From NCBI RefSeq assembly GCF_006345805.1, contig NC_043012.1:43648001-43712000 (forward strand): DNA of 64,000 nucleotides, given 5' to 3'. This stretch comes from Octopus sinensis (lineage: Eukaryota). The notes under the pieces are model-generated. The model saw only the letters and a program-made list of their open reading frames with translations. It searched no databases and was not told where the DNA came from. The translations under genes were made by a program, and so were the position numbers. Positions 51,200 to 63,300 of this stretch are shown here, one piece after another. Position 1 is the stretch's first letter. Each line of letters opens with the position of its first letter.

Positions 51200-52380
51200 C
51201 TGCATTGTTGTGCGTATGTAGAAACGACTCACGGGTCACTGCCCCTAACTGGTACAAAGTGCAAGGGGTCAAAGGCCTCCACTGCTGCTTATGCCGGTAC
51301 GAGGGTCACAAACAAAATCAGCACGGCAAAACCATTTCCTGTGAACATGTTAAATCACCCTCAAAATAAGTTAGGAAACTTACATACCTACAGCTTTCGA
51401 ACACACAAATGACCAGTTAAAAAAGAACTCTAATAACTACAACTTCTGTGAATACCTATCCTTTCCTTTCTCCTCGAGTATTCGAAAATGTAAACATCCC
51501 TTTCATTGCATAAACACTACTGTATTCTCAACTGGATAGACAAACCAACATCTCAAGAGAACATAAAAACTTTAATATGTGGAAAAGTCGGAACACTAAA
51601 ACATATTCTTTCCAACTGTTCATTAGCATTGAACAGGTACACATGGAGGCACAACTTGGTCCTTAAGGTTATCTTCAATGCTATAAAGAACCAAATTCAT
51701 CTCAACAACACTGAGGAAAAATCGTTAAAAGTACCATCAAGAGAGTTCATTACCTTCGTGCGACCAGGTCAGCAGATCCGTTTCAAGAAGAAGACAAAGA
51801 AACTTCCTGAGAAAAATGAAAAGTGGAACGGCTATTGGGAGGTAACTGCAGATTTACCTGGGTGCCAGGTTTTCTTTCCCATCCCAGTTTCGAAAAAAAC
51901 AGATATTTTGATGTGGTGTGAAAGAAAGAAAGTTGTAAATATAGTCGAGCTAACGGTTCCTCACGAAGATAATATGGACGCCGCTCGAGCTCGAAAATTA
52001 AACCGTTATGAAAACCTCCTCGAGGAATGTGAAGACGCAGGCTGGAAAGCGGAACATTTTCCTATCGAAGTCGGATGTAGAGGGTTTGTAGGACACAGCG
52101 TGAGACGACTGTTGTTATCGTTAGGCCTAACTCATCGTAAAGTCAATACCACCATGACTGATATCCAATCTACAGTGGAGAAGGCTAGCCACTGGATTTG
52201 GTTAAAAAGAGACGATGAGCGATGGCTAGAAGTATATTGAGTTCTTCATAACCAGCTGATCTAGCAAGCGGGGCCTCATATCAGTGAGGGGGGCCGGTGC
52301 GCATTGATGCCGTCGAGAGGTAGGCCCCGAAACGGCGCGCATTCTCTCCTGATGACCCTATACACTTGCTAGCTTCCGAT
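51200..52380 (+). mobile_element. HERO-like (R2-group, RLE) retrotransposon 3' part with 3' UTR
   Basis: CGK.GTLKHILSNC...RYTWRHN..L, ELTVPHEDNM, FPIEVGCRGF, VEKASHWIWLKR. Confidence 0.85.
51506..52240 (+). CDS. Zinc knuckle plus restriction-like endonuclease domain of the HERO-like element (open frame, no true start)
   Basis: 244-codon open frame with CCHC remnant, RHN, D...ELTVP and EVGCRG motifs. Confidence 0.85.
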   Translation: MHKHYCILNWIDKPTSQENIKTLICGKVGTLKHILSNCSLALNRYTWRHNLVLKVIFNAIKNQIHLNNTEEKSLKVPSREFITFVRPGQQIRFKKKTKKLPEKNEKWNGYWEVTADLPGCQVFFPIPVSKKTDILMWCERKKVVNIVELTVPHEDNMDAARARKLNRYENLLEECEDAGWKAEHFPIEVGCRGFVGHSVRRLLLSLGLTHRKVNTTMTDIQSTVEKASHWIWLKRDDERWLEVY

Positions 52381-53149
52381 ATACGGAGCTTTTAACTGGT
52401 AGCACTTGCATGTGCAAGTTGTTTGCAAGATATCTATATAATTTTGAGTGAAACTTATGTCTGACTACCAAAATATGTAAACAAATTTTATTGCAGCAAC
52501 GCAGTTGAATTCAGAAACTTTAAAAAAAAGTGAATTCAACGACGTGAATATCAGTATATATATTGTTTTCTCTACAAGTAATTACAAATAGAACAGGTTG
52601 AATTGCTTCTTCTCAAGTGCAAGGTCAGCACTCTTAGTGGTCGCTGGTAGTAGTAAACGCATTTGACCTCTGCTGACCCAAAGTTGCTAAGATTCTTTTG
52701 TTTTTATGGCTGACCTTCCCAGCAAATGCCGAATCTATTTATAGACCTGTAGAATTCGAACTATTCACGAAGCTGCTACTTTACCCCTCCCGCAACAATT
52801 TCTTCCAACAACCACATATTTATGATTCTCTCAAGTACAAGACAAAAGTTGAAAATAAAGAACATCTAACAAAATATTTTAATAATAAATAAAAATAGTA
52901 ATAATGATAATAACAGTGGTAGTGATGGTGATAATGATAAAAATAATAAAAATAATGATAATATGCTGCAGCTGCTAATGCTACAAATACTACTACAGCT
53001 AATACTATACTGATAGTACAGGAATCTGAGTCCCAAACAATTATACCAGTGATATCAGTGATGATAATAATAATAGTAATGAAAGGAGCGGATGGACTCT
53101 CTCCGAGTGTTCCCATGTCCTGATTAATGATACATCTAATGTTGGTGTC

Positions 53150-55740
53150 ACAATAAAAAACACTGGTAATTGCGCAACCTGATAATCGCTACCTCATATG
53201 AGTGACATTGAATAAATAAAATATTGTGAATAACGGTGGTAATGAAACTGAAGCGAACAAAAATAGAAGGCATTGAAAAGGAAGTATAATATTGAAAGAG
53301 ATGGCCTGAAAATGGTAATGGAGGAACTGAGGCAGCGCCACGTTGCAAAGAAAGCAAAGATGGTAAGATACGACCAAAAGAATGAAAGGTTACCACCAGA
53401 ATAGGTTATTCAGAGTAGATCAGAAGAGATTCTATAAAGAAATAAATGGAGAGTGTACTGATGAAAAGTTGGTACCAGATAACAATGAAAGTCAGAGGCT
53501 TTGGTGTGACATTTAGAACAAAGACAAGGAGGAAAAGAAGGATGATGAATGATTGCAAGAACTGAAACAAACAGTAGTCTGTCTAAAACAGGCAGAATTA
53601 ATCATTTCAGTTAGGGAAGTGAAAGAAATCAGCAAAAAGATGAGCAACTGGAAGACTCTGGGACCAGATGGAGTTCAAAGCTGCTGAATTAAAAGATTTG
53701 GTGAATGTCATGCACGAATAGCTGTGCAACTCAAAGCCTTGTTATATGCCGACCAAGTAATATCAGAGTGGTTGACATTGGGTAGGACAGTGCTGTATCT
53801 GAAAAACATCGAAAGAGGCAATACGCTAGAGGATTACAGGCCGGTGTCCTGTCTGTCACTTACGTGTACGAACATCTGGAAAAAAAGTGGAGTCCTGCCA
53901 CATGAGCAGAAGGATTGCAAGCGTAGGTGCAGAGGTACCGAGGATCAACTCCTGATAGACAAAACTGTACTTAGAGACTGCAAGAGGAGGAAAAGCAACT
54001 TAGCCATGTCATGAATCGACTATCGTAAAGAGTACGATAGGATCCCACATTCTTGGATAATGGAATGTATGAACCTATTTGGTATTGCATCGAATGTTGA
54101 GCGATTGCTTGGAGAAAGTATGGCGAAATGGAGGACGGACGTAATAGAATACGGAAGAAGTTTAGAGACAGCAGAACTCAGGAGGGGCATCTTCCAAGGA
54201 GACTGCATGTCCCCACTGATCTTTGTACTGTGCTTGATACCACCAACACTGATACTGAGGAAAGCAAAAGCTGGGTATGCATTCAAAATCCGTCAACAAA
54301 AAGCCAACCATCTGTTATTCATAGATGATCTCAAACTTTATGGTAAAGATGAAACCCAAGTCAGTTCCCTCGTTGATACGGTGTATACTTTCAGAGCTGA
54401 TATCCGAATGGTGTTCGGACTGAGAAAGTGTGGTGTTAGTCTTGAAGAGAGGCAAAATCATCAAATGTATGGATGGGCTATCGATACCGTCGGGAGAGGT
54501 TATGAAGCAGATAGAAGAGATGGGCTATAAGTACTTTGTGATTTTCGAAATGGACAAATTGATGGAGAAAGAAATGACAGAAAAATTTAAGGTGGAGCAC
54601 TTGCGCAGACTGAGACTGATCCTTTAATTCGAAATTAAACGGACGGAATAAGACTGAAGCTATCAACACCTGGGCTGTTTCAACACTCAGATATGGAGCA
54701 GGGGTAATCGCATGGACAAAAAGTGACACACACAGACTATATGTACCAAGAAAAAGAGGGCGAAGAGGACTTATTGGATGCGAACACAGCATTAGAGCAG
54801 AAGAAAACAACATAGCATGGTATGTAAAAGATGCCACAGAGTCGCTATTATTAGAAGTAAGAAGGTCAGGCTTGTGTAGGATGAACGATTGCAAAGATAA
54901 AGCACTGTACAAGCAATTGGAAACGATTGAAACTGAAAATAGATGGGTAAAAAGAATGCATGGGCAATTTCACAGGGATGTTGAAAATAAGACAGAGAAA
55001 AAAAGATGGCTGTGGATGACTAAAAGTGATTTAAAACCGGAAACGGAGTCTCTAATTTGTGCTGCCTAAGAGCAAGCACTAAGAACAAACTACATAAAAT
55101 ACAGAGTAGACACATCAGAAAGTGATAAGTGCAGAATTTGTGGACAAAATGGAGAAACCGTATGGCATATTACCAGTCAATGTACACCACTAGCGCAGAA
55201 TGAATATAAGAGACGCTACGACAATATAGCAAGGCTTGTCCTTTAGATATATTGCAACACGTATGGACTTGACAGAGCAAAACATTGGTACAAGCTCAAA
55301 CTCGAAGGCATCATTGAAAATGATAATGCAAAGATTTTGTGGGATATTATGATTCAGTGTAATCATGAGATAGAAAATAGGAAGCCAGATGTAGTGTTAA
55401 TTGAGAAAGAAACCAAACTATGCTGGATTATAGATATAGCATGCGCAGCTGACACAAGGCATGTGATAAGGAAGAAAGAAAAGTCTATAGATATGACAGA
55501 TTAGCTTGGGAGGTAAAGCATTTGTGGTCGATGAAAAGGGTGGTAGTAGTACCAATAATTGTTGGAACCTTCAAAAATCTCGAGAAGTACGTGGAACAAA
55601 TAGGGGCTGCAATAAGGGTGGGACGCTTACAGAAAACAGCACTGCTTGGAACCGCTCGAATACTCCAGAAGGTGCTCGAAAAATAAGAGATGAACAGCTG
55701 ATACCGTAGTACATCTCCAGCGTTAGAAGCTGTGCAAAAG
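53150..55740 (+). mobile_element. R4/Dong-clade non-LTR retrotransposon, 5'-truncated and decayed
   Basis: GTEDQLLIDK, IPHSWI, RRGIFQGDCMSPLIFVL, HLLFIDDLKLYG, CRICGQNGETVWHITSQC, ILWDI, RKPDVVLIEK; flanked by AAT-type tracts. Confidence 0.95.
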
Positions 55741-55826
55741 CAATGATAATAATATTAATATTATTATTATTATTACTATTATTATCATTATCATCATCGT
55801 CATCATCATCGTCATCATCGTCGTCG

Positions 55827-55875
<49 letters not shown>

Positions 55876-56099
55876 AATATGTAACATACTTAGCTTGTTG
55901 CTGGAAGTATGATTGATGTACCAGTTGTTCCCTAAGGCGGTACTTTCTTTGAAGTCTCGTGAACTTAGCAATAAATCATTGCACTGCCATGTAATGCTGT
56001 TTTCTGAATATGCTCGATTTTCATTTATATTTGCATCATAGCCAACGAAATTTCCTTTTTTCTTTTTCCTCACTGTACTTAGGACACTAACAATTATTG

Positions 56100-56570
56100 G
56101 AGTTAATATACATTTTTTAATTGAGCTTCACTCCTGAAAGGTTTTATTGTTTTTTCTCCTTTTTCGACGATTTTTCTGTTACCAGGGCAAGTGATCTCTA
56201 TCATCAAGCATGACTTTTCTTCCTTGTCAATCAGTACCATATCAAGTTTCCAATATTCGATTCTATGATCACATTGGATCATGAACAGTCCCAAAGGATC
56301 TTAACCATGTTGTTTTCTACCACACCCTCCGCTCGTCCTTGTCATTTCTATTCTAAACTTATTGCATGCTAATTTAGTTTGCAGGTATATATTATCCTGA
56401 GGTTTGGTGACAACAAGTCTCGAATCTTTAGAATCATTCTTAGAATTCTTGCGGAATACTGAATTGCATTTTTCTGCTGGTTGACAATATGTTTACATTG
56501 CAGTAGCCTTCAGCTTTTGATACAGCAGTTTGGGCGTTGGGCATCGTGGACCAAAAAACCGCAGAAACAA
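56100..56570 (-). mobile_element. R4/Dong RLE-region fragment
   Basis: EGVVENNMVKILWD...IQCDHRIEYWKLDMVLIDKEEKSCLMIEITCPG. Confidence 0.8.
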
Positions 56571-56674
56571 CTTTATAAGACTAGGTCTTGATTTTTCCCG
56601 ACTTTATCGATTTCTTTGATATCTCTTCTGCTTGCAAATGGTATGATCTTGTATTCTGTTTTTTTTTTCTTTTG

Positions 56675-56885
56675 GGGGCAGGGACGTTATCTGGTTAGTC
56701 TTTATTAAGAAGCCCCATAAAATTCTGTAATCCTTATTCTGTATCATACCCACAATCCGGACTTTGTGGTGATGGACAAAGTGAAACGTGCTCTGGAATT
56801 GATGTTGCACGTCCCTTTAACCCACGAATGATTAAGAGGGAACATGAAAAAATAGAACTATATAATCCACTGAAATACGACTGTG
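56675..56885. mobile_element. Short R4/Dong fragment with a 5' inversion
   Basis: Minus-strand GMIQNKDYRILWGFLIKTNQI (56750 to 56680) abuts plus-strand HNPDFVVMDK..IDVARPFNPRMIKREHEKIELY. Confidence 0.65.
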
Positions 56886-57447
56886 AGTATTTCACATTCG
56901 TAACATCTAAAGAGCTAGAAACACGTCTGGAAACACGATAGGGGACAGCGCTTGGCAGATATGCTGTTTTAAAACTTTTACCACAAAAAAGAATTTTTCT
57001 CCATTGTAACTGCAGTGAATTTGCCTTTAGAAGTTGAAATATGTCACAAACATATTTTAACTAACCTAAAGTTCGCTTATGCCTAAACATTGCTTGGCGC
57101 TGTTACTGCTGAATTTTCTTCCTACCTGGCGTTCTAATAGCACAACTCAGTCAATGTTGTTAATTATGTTTTTAGTTAAAGCTTCTGCTTTAAAATCTGC
57201 TTAGAGCGACCTCTCTTCTGTATTTACCATTGATAACAGCTAACGAGGTAGAATTGGGTCTGGGAATCCGATAGGAGGCAGTATTGAGCAGATAGGGTGT
57301 TTCTACACCTTTTATCATAAGAGAGATTTTTCTTTTCTGCGTGGTAACTGAAGTGAATTTGCCTTTAGCGGTTGAAATATGTCACAAACGTTCGCTAATA
57401 ATAATAATGATACTACTACTACTACTACTACTAACTACTACTACTAC

Positions 57448-57495
<48 letters not shown>

Positions 57496-57500
<5 letters not shown>

Positions 57501-58103
57501 GCTCTCATGGCTTCTGATCTAATGGCTCTCATGGCTTCTGATCTCTGGCTCTCATGGCTTCTGATCTAATGGCTCTCATGGCTTCTGATCTTAACTGATT
57601 GGAAATGTTATCATGTACATTGTTTTGTCTTGGTATAAAAGATGGGCTACAGCAAATATTCTGCTTGATACCACAGATTTGCTTGTCAGTTGTTTGGCTT
57701 TAACCAGTTGAGCATGCCCCTTAGTGGCTGACGATATGTGCATCTCTGATCATGAGCAGAAGTAGTGGGGGAGCATCATAGCCATGTGTTGAGAGGGATT
57801 TTCTTTAGGGTTTGAATAATTCACCTCTGGAAACATAGGTGTTTCGTTCAACATCCTTAAACAACCCTTATTCAGGGACCTTTTGAGCGGGATGGGTTAC
57901 TCGACCAGAAGAAAATTCTAACTGGGCCCCACCTGCAAGGTCATGCACTGTTTATCTTGATATGAAATCTCCATGTCGCGCACATATGGTTGTGATGCAT
58001 GTGCCTAGTGTACCCTTATCAGACAGGTAGCCATGATGGGTATACTGGGCTTCGTATATTTTACCCCAGTGTCACTTTCATGGCATGCACTGCTCTTTCA
58101 CTC
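57496..58103 (+). mobile_element. Family C element, copy 2, with fourfold tandem duplication of a 24-nt 5' segment
   Basis: (T)AATGGCTCTCATGGCTTCTGATC x4 at 57496-57590; (AAT)n on both flanks. Confidence 0.9.
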
Positions 58104-58200
<97 letters not shown>

Positions 58201-58440
58201 TCAATAACAACAACAAAAACAACAACAACAGCAGCAACAGCAACAACAACAACAACAACAATAACAACAACAATAACAATAATAATAATAATAATAATAA
58301 TAACAATAATAATAATAATAATAATAATAAGAAGAAGAAGAAGAAGAAGAAGAAGAACAACAACAACAACAACAATAACAACAACATCAATAACAATAAC
58401 AACAACAACAACAACAACAACAAAAATAATCACTATCATC
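58104..58440. repeat. Long compound AAT/AAC/AGC/AAG microsatellite
   Basis: Directly visible. Confidence 0.95.
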
Positions 58441-59099
58441 ATTGTTGTTAATGGAGATGGTATTGTAGAATTTTTTTTTTACTCTAAGACACGAGTTTAT
58501 TTCAGGCATTATCTAACGAAAACTCTTTGTAATAAGAAATAGAAATAAAATGAAAAGTAAAGGAACATAAATGAGTCATTAAAAATAGAAACCTTTTCGT
58601 GTGAAGATTATTGCTAATAAAACTATTAATTTTAACGGCTTGTAGAGACCTTAGAAAATTTTCAAACAATAATGCTGATGACTAAATAATATAATTTTGT
58701 GAACGATTAAATGGTTATTTGAGGTGCAGTTAGGATTAGGGTTAGGGTTAGGGTTACACAACGACCTTATCAACTCAAGCTTCTATTAAACCTCTAACAA
58801 AGGTAATCAGCAGAAAATCAACACAAAATATCGCTGTCTTTACGATGTGTGTTCATGCAGTGTTTTCCTAAGGCTATCAAGAGATTTTATACAGAGCTCT
58901 GTCATTAACAGTTGTGAAATGCATATATTTTGTTACCCAATTACAAATATTACTAATGGGTCATCAAAAGCAGAATTTCATTATTGATGACGTACAACAT
59001 CAGGTAACAAAAAACTCCAAAACAGGCACGAAACATTGACAGTCCTATCTATAGTCTGCCAGTTGTATGCAGTTTGTACACATGTATGGCAAAAATAAC

Positions 59100-59500
59100 T
59101 ATTTAAAACTCGAAACAAACGAATACAACTTATGGTTGAAAAGTAACTTCTGAATCAAGTTGAACAATTCATTAAAGATTTTAGAAGGCTAAATACTATA
59201 ACTGAAAAAGAGATCGTGATTGAAAAGTATAATAACGAGTCGTAAAGGAAGAATACCATTAGAAAATATCAGAAAGTACACCATCCGATGCAGAAGAGAT
59301 AAAACATGTTAATTAAAGGGAAGTCGAATAAAAACACGAGATATCAACAGAGGACAGTATCATCAGAATGAACAGTAAGGCACTTCTGCTCAGATATTTG
59401 GAGCAAAGAGGTTTCACATGTCTTCGTAAGCGGACTGAGTATGGAAATTTAAAAGTGAAATGGAGAATAAGTGAAAACGAAAGAATATATTTTACCGAAG
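59100..59500 (+). mobile_element. Decayed R4/Dong internal fragment
   Basis: RHFCSDIWSKEVSH resembles the R4 FWSDIWS...HN motif upstream of the RT. Confidence 0.55.
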
Positions 59501-59896
59501 AGTTGAGCATGTCCCTTAGTGGCTGACAATATGTGCATCTCTGATCATGAGCAGAAGTAGTGGGGGAGCACCATAGCCGTGTGTTGAAAGGAATTCTTAG
59601 AGGTTTGGATAATTCACCTTTGGAAACATGGGTGTTTCGTTCAACATCCTTAAACAATCCTTATTCAAGGACCTTTTGAGCGGGATGGGCTACTCGACCA
59701 GAAGAAAATTCTAACTGGGCCCCACCTGCAAGGTCATGCACTGTTTATCTTGATATGAGATCACCATGTCACGCACATATGGTTGTGATGTATGTACCTC
59801 GTGTACCCTTATCAGACGGGTAGTCATGATGGGTATACTGGGCTTCGTATATTTTACCCCAGTGTCACTTTGATGGCATGCACTGTTCTCTCACTC
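59501..59896 (+). mobile_element. Family C element, copy 3 (5'-truncated), ending in (AAT)n
   Basis: Highly similar to ~57707-58103. Confidence 0.9.
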
Positions 59897-59907
59897 AATA
59901 ATAAAAC

Positions 59908-59939
<32 letters not shown>

Positions 59940-59940
59940 C

Positions 59941-59973
<33 letters not shown>

Positions 59974-60359
59974 GAGTAAATATGATGTGATGCTTTATAG
60001 ATAGATTACTATAGTTTTGTTGAAACTTTGAGATGTTGTTCATAGATTCCTATATTCTAACTATGCTATATCCAACTTGTCGACGCTCCTCTCAAAATTC
60101 AACTCCCACCCGCCCAATCAACTATCAGTCCAGTCAAACAGCCTGTATTAGTAGACGCAACAAGCCCGCTCTGCTATTTAGCGCCGCTGCATCATCAGTA
60201 ACTAAACCAATCTGCCATCAGTTGTTGTCTAGAGAAATCAGGTGAGACAATAAATCATAGTAATAATAGTGAAACTACAGAAGTAAACAAGTAAATATTA
60301 AGGGATTATTGTAGTAATAGTGGAATTATAATAGTAAATAAGTAAATGATAATCCAGAA

Positions 60360-63300
60360 TGATCAACCAGTGGCATTGTGAAGCCGTCGATTCGTTGGCG
60401 ACTAAACGGCAATCCAACTAAGTTGCTTGGTGAGGGGGTGGGGATTTTCGGCACCCTTTAGGATTGAAAACAGACTCGGCAAAGGGCAGGGGAACTCAGA
60501 AGCGTCATTCCGAAAACGGGTAGACAGAACTCGTGAGCCTTGGTTGGCAGTCTGTCTAGGAGAAGGAATACTCTGATTTAAAAACTGGGGTAGATAGGAT
60601 TCCTTAGTCACAGTGGTAACAACCTGCCTGGGATAAAGGCGAATAAACCGCGAATCGGGACTTAACTCCGGGGCAATATTTGGATGGAAGATACGAGACC
60701 AACTGACGCCTACCTGCCTGCTAGTGAGAATCATGATTATGGTCTCCAACACACAAAAATACGAAGGGAATAGGCCCAACATATGGGTAGTAAGATTTTT
60801 GCAGTCTTGGTTGACAATCTCACTAGAGATAGTGTCTCGATAAAAATACCGGTTGGTGACTAACCTTAAAACACAAGCCTCATTGTTGAGGTGTTAATGA
60901 GGCTGAAACCAAAGGTGAAAGCCTTTCGCCCGGCAGGTGCCCTGTGGTTGAGCATTCACAGGCTGCTTGTACGCAAAGCTAAAAGCAGAGAAAAAGGTGA
61001 GATAAGGAGACAAACCGAACGGTAATTGAATGCTGGATCATGAGTGAACCCAGTAGAAAGGGATTCCGACAACTAATGAAAGCAAAATGGGATGAAATAG
61101 AACTCCTCGAAATAAGCGAGCGATGGTTAGCCGACCAGGCAAGAGCAATAAGAGCAAAGGGGTGGCTAACAGACATGGAAATTGAAAAGATGAAAAGGCA
61201 AGTAGAAAATAGAAATAATACTTCACCAACAGATACGTTGCCCAGTGAGAACAGAGAAATGAATGGCGGCAGTGAAGACGTAGAGCAAAGTGTAAATGTA
61301 AACGCATTCTCAGCAAATGAAACAGGAGTAATAGGAAGAGCTATAGTACAAGAATACGATGATGACCAACAAGATATAGTGAGGACACTGTACCGATATA
61401 TTTGAGAAGACCAAGATCAAGGAACTCCCAAGCTGAGGTACATTGATCGACGCAAGCTCGAAGCTGAAACCTAAAAGATAGCTATGGTCCTTGGGCTATT
61501 CCAGACTAGAAATATAAATGAAACTAACAAGATTATTTGGACTGCAGGTACGGTTGTTGCAGATAGAGTTGGATACAAAAGAAGAGAACAACCAGAACTG
61601 GCGTAGACGAATTTGTAAGAAACAAAGTTAAAAAGACATTTAGAACAAGTTGATAGATTGAGAAGAGGGGAATTGCAGAACGAAAGCATAAGAATAATAC
61701 TGGAAAGAACATATAGGACAATAGATAAAGAGCATGATGTGACATTGGAAAAATTGAAACAAAGAGGCAAAACTGGAAACATATCGCAATAGAACAAAGC
61801 AACTCAGGCAAAACAGATTGTTTGAACCAAATCAGAAGAAACTGTTTCAGGAACTAGATGGGCAATTACATGTAACAATGATATCAGATGCAGAGGAACA
61901 TATGGAATTTTGGAGAGGGACCTGGGACCAACCTATAGAGCATAATAATGAAGCGGAGTGGCTGCATGAAATCCAAGATAGGTCAAGAAATATAGAAGGC
62001 TAAGAAGACGTAAAAATTACAGAAATAATAAAAAAGCAGTTAAGAAAATTCCAAAATTGGAAGAGTCTGGGACCGGATGGGTTCCAGGGTTATTGGATGA
62101 AGAAGCTCAAAGGACTCCTTGAAATGATAGCGCAACAGCTGGATGAGTGCTTGCAGGAAGGCGCAGTACCCAGCTAGATGACAAAGGGAAAGATGTTCAT
62201 GTCTCCCAAGGAATCTGAAAAGGGAAATGTTGCATCCAACTTTTGACCAATAATATGCCTTCTGCTAATGTGGAAACTAATGTCAGGTGCTTTGGCCGGT
62301 GAACTGTATCGATACTTACAAAAACGCGGGCTGCTACCTATTAAACAGAAAGCGTGCCGATAGAGGAGCTGAGGAACGAAGTATCAGCTCTTACTTGATA
62401 ATTTAATTATCAAGAACTGCAAGAGAAGGCACACAAACATGGGTTGACTATCGTAAAGTACACGATATGATACCACACTCCTGGATAATAAGAACAATGC
62501 AAATGTATGGAGTAGCAGTAAATATGAGAAACCTTATATGGAATAACATGAAATGCTGGAGAACGGAATTGACAGAAGGGAATCAAGTATTAGGAGAGGT
62601 GGAAATCAAGAGAGGATTCTTCCAAGGGAACAGTGTGTCCCCATTGATCTTCGTGCTGGGAATGATTTTCTTGAATGCAATACTACAGAAAACATGTTGA
62701 GGTATGATCTGGGAACGGATAAGGAAAAAATTGAACCACTTGCTATTCATGGACGACCCGAAGCTATTCACAAAAACTGGGGTAGAACTGGACAGCCTAG
62801 TCCAGTCTGTGTGGACTTTCTCCAATGATATTAAGATGGAGTTTTGCCTCTCAAAATGTTCTACAATGGTGAGGAAACGAGGAACCTTTGTTAGAACAGA
62901 AGGTATATGGTTGCCAAGTAGTGAAATCCAGCTATAAATACCTGGGAATGCTTGAGGTAGATGGAATCAAACGCAATGACATGAAAGAAAAGACAAAAAG
63001 AGAGTACCTGCGGCGAGTGAAAAAGATATTGGCTTCAAAGCAATAAACTCACGTGCAGTCACAGTAGTTCAGTATGGCGTTGGAATCCTGAAGTGGACAG
63101 AGGCATAGCTAAAGGAGATGGACAGGAAATCAAGAAAGCTCCTAACGATGCATGGAGCTCATCATCCATGAGCAGACACTGATCGCCTATACATAAAGAG
63201 GGAAAATGGAGGAAGGGAACTGATGAATGTGGAAGATTGCGTGCATATCGAACTCGAGAGCTTAATGAAATACCTAGCCCAAAGTAAGGAAACCTTGTTA

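Noticed and set aside
52290-52360. GAAAC and CTGATGA in the HERO-like 3' UTR
   Set aside because: Stems needed for a type II or III hammerhead do not pair; treated as ordinary 3' UTR structure.
56990-57390. ~60-bp direct repeat 335 bp apart with a faint PLE-like peptide (KFTSVTT) on the minus strand
   Set aside because: The repeat is real but too short and decayed to assign to a family or function.
58730-58756. TTAGGG repeats (three perfect, one imperfect)
   Set aside because: Too short to call an interstitial telomere or fusion scar in such repeat-rich DNA.
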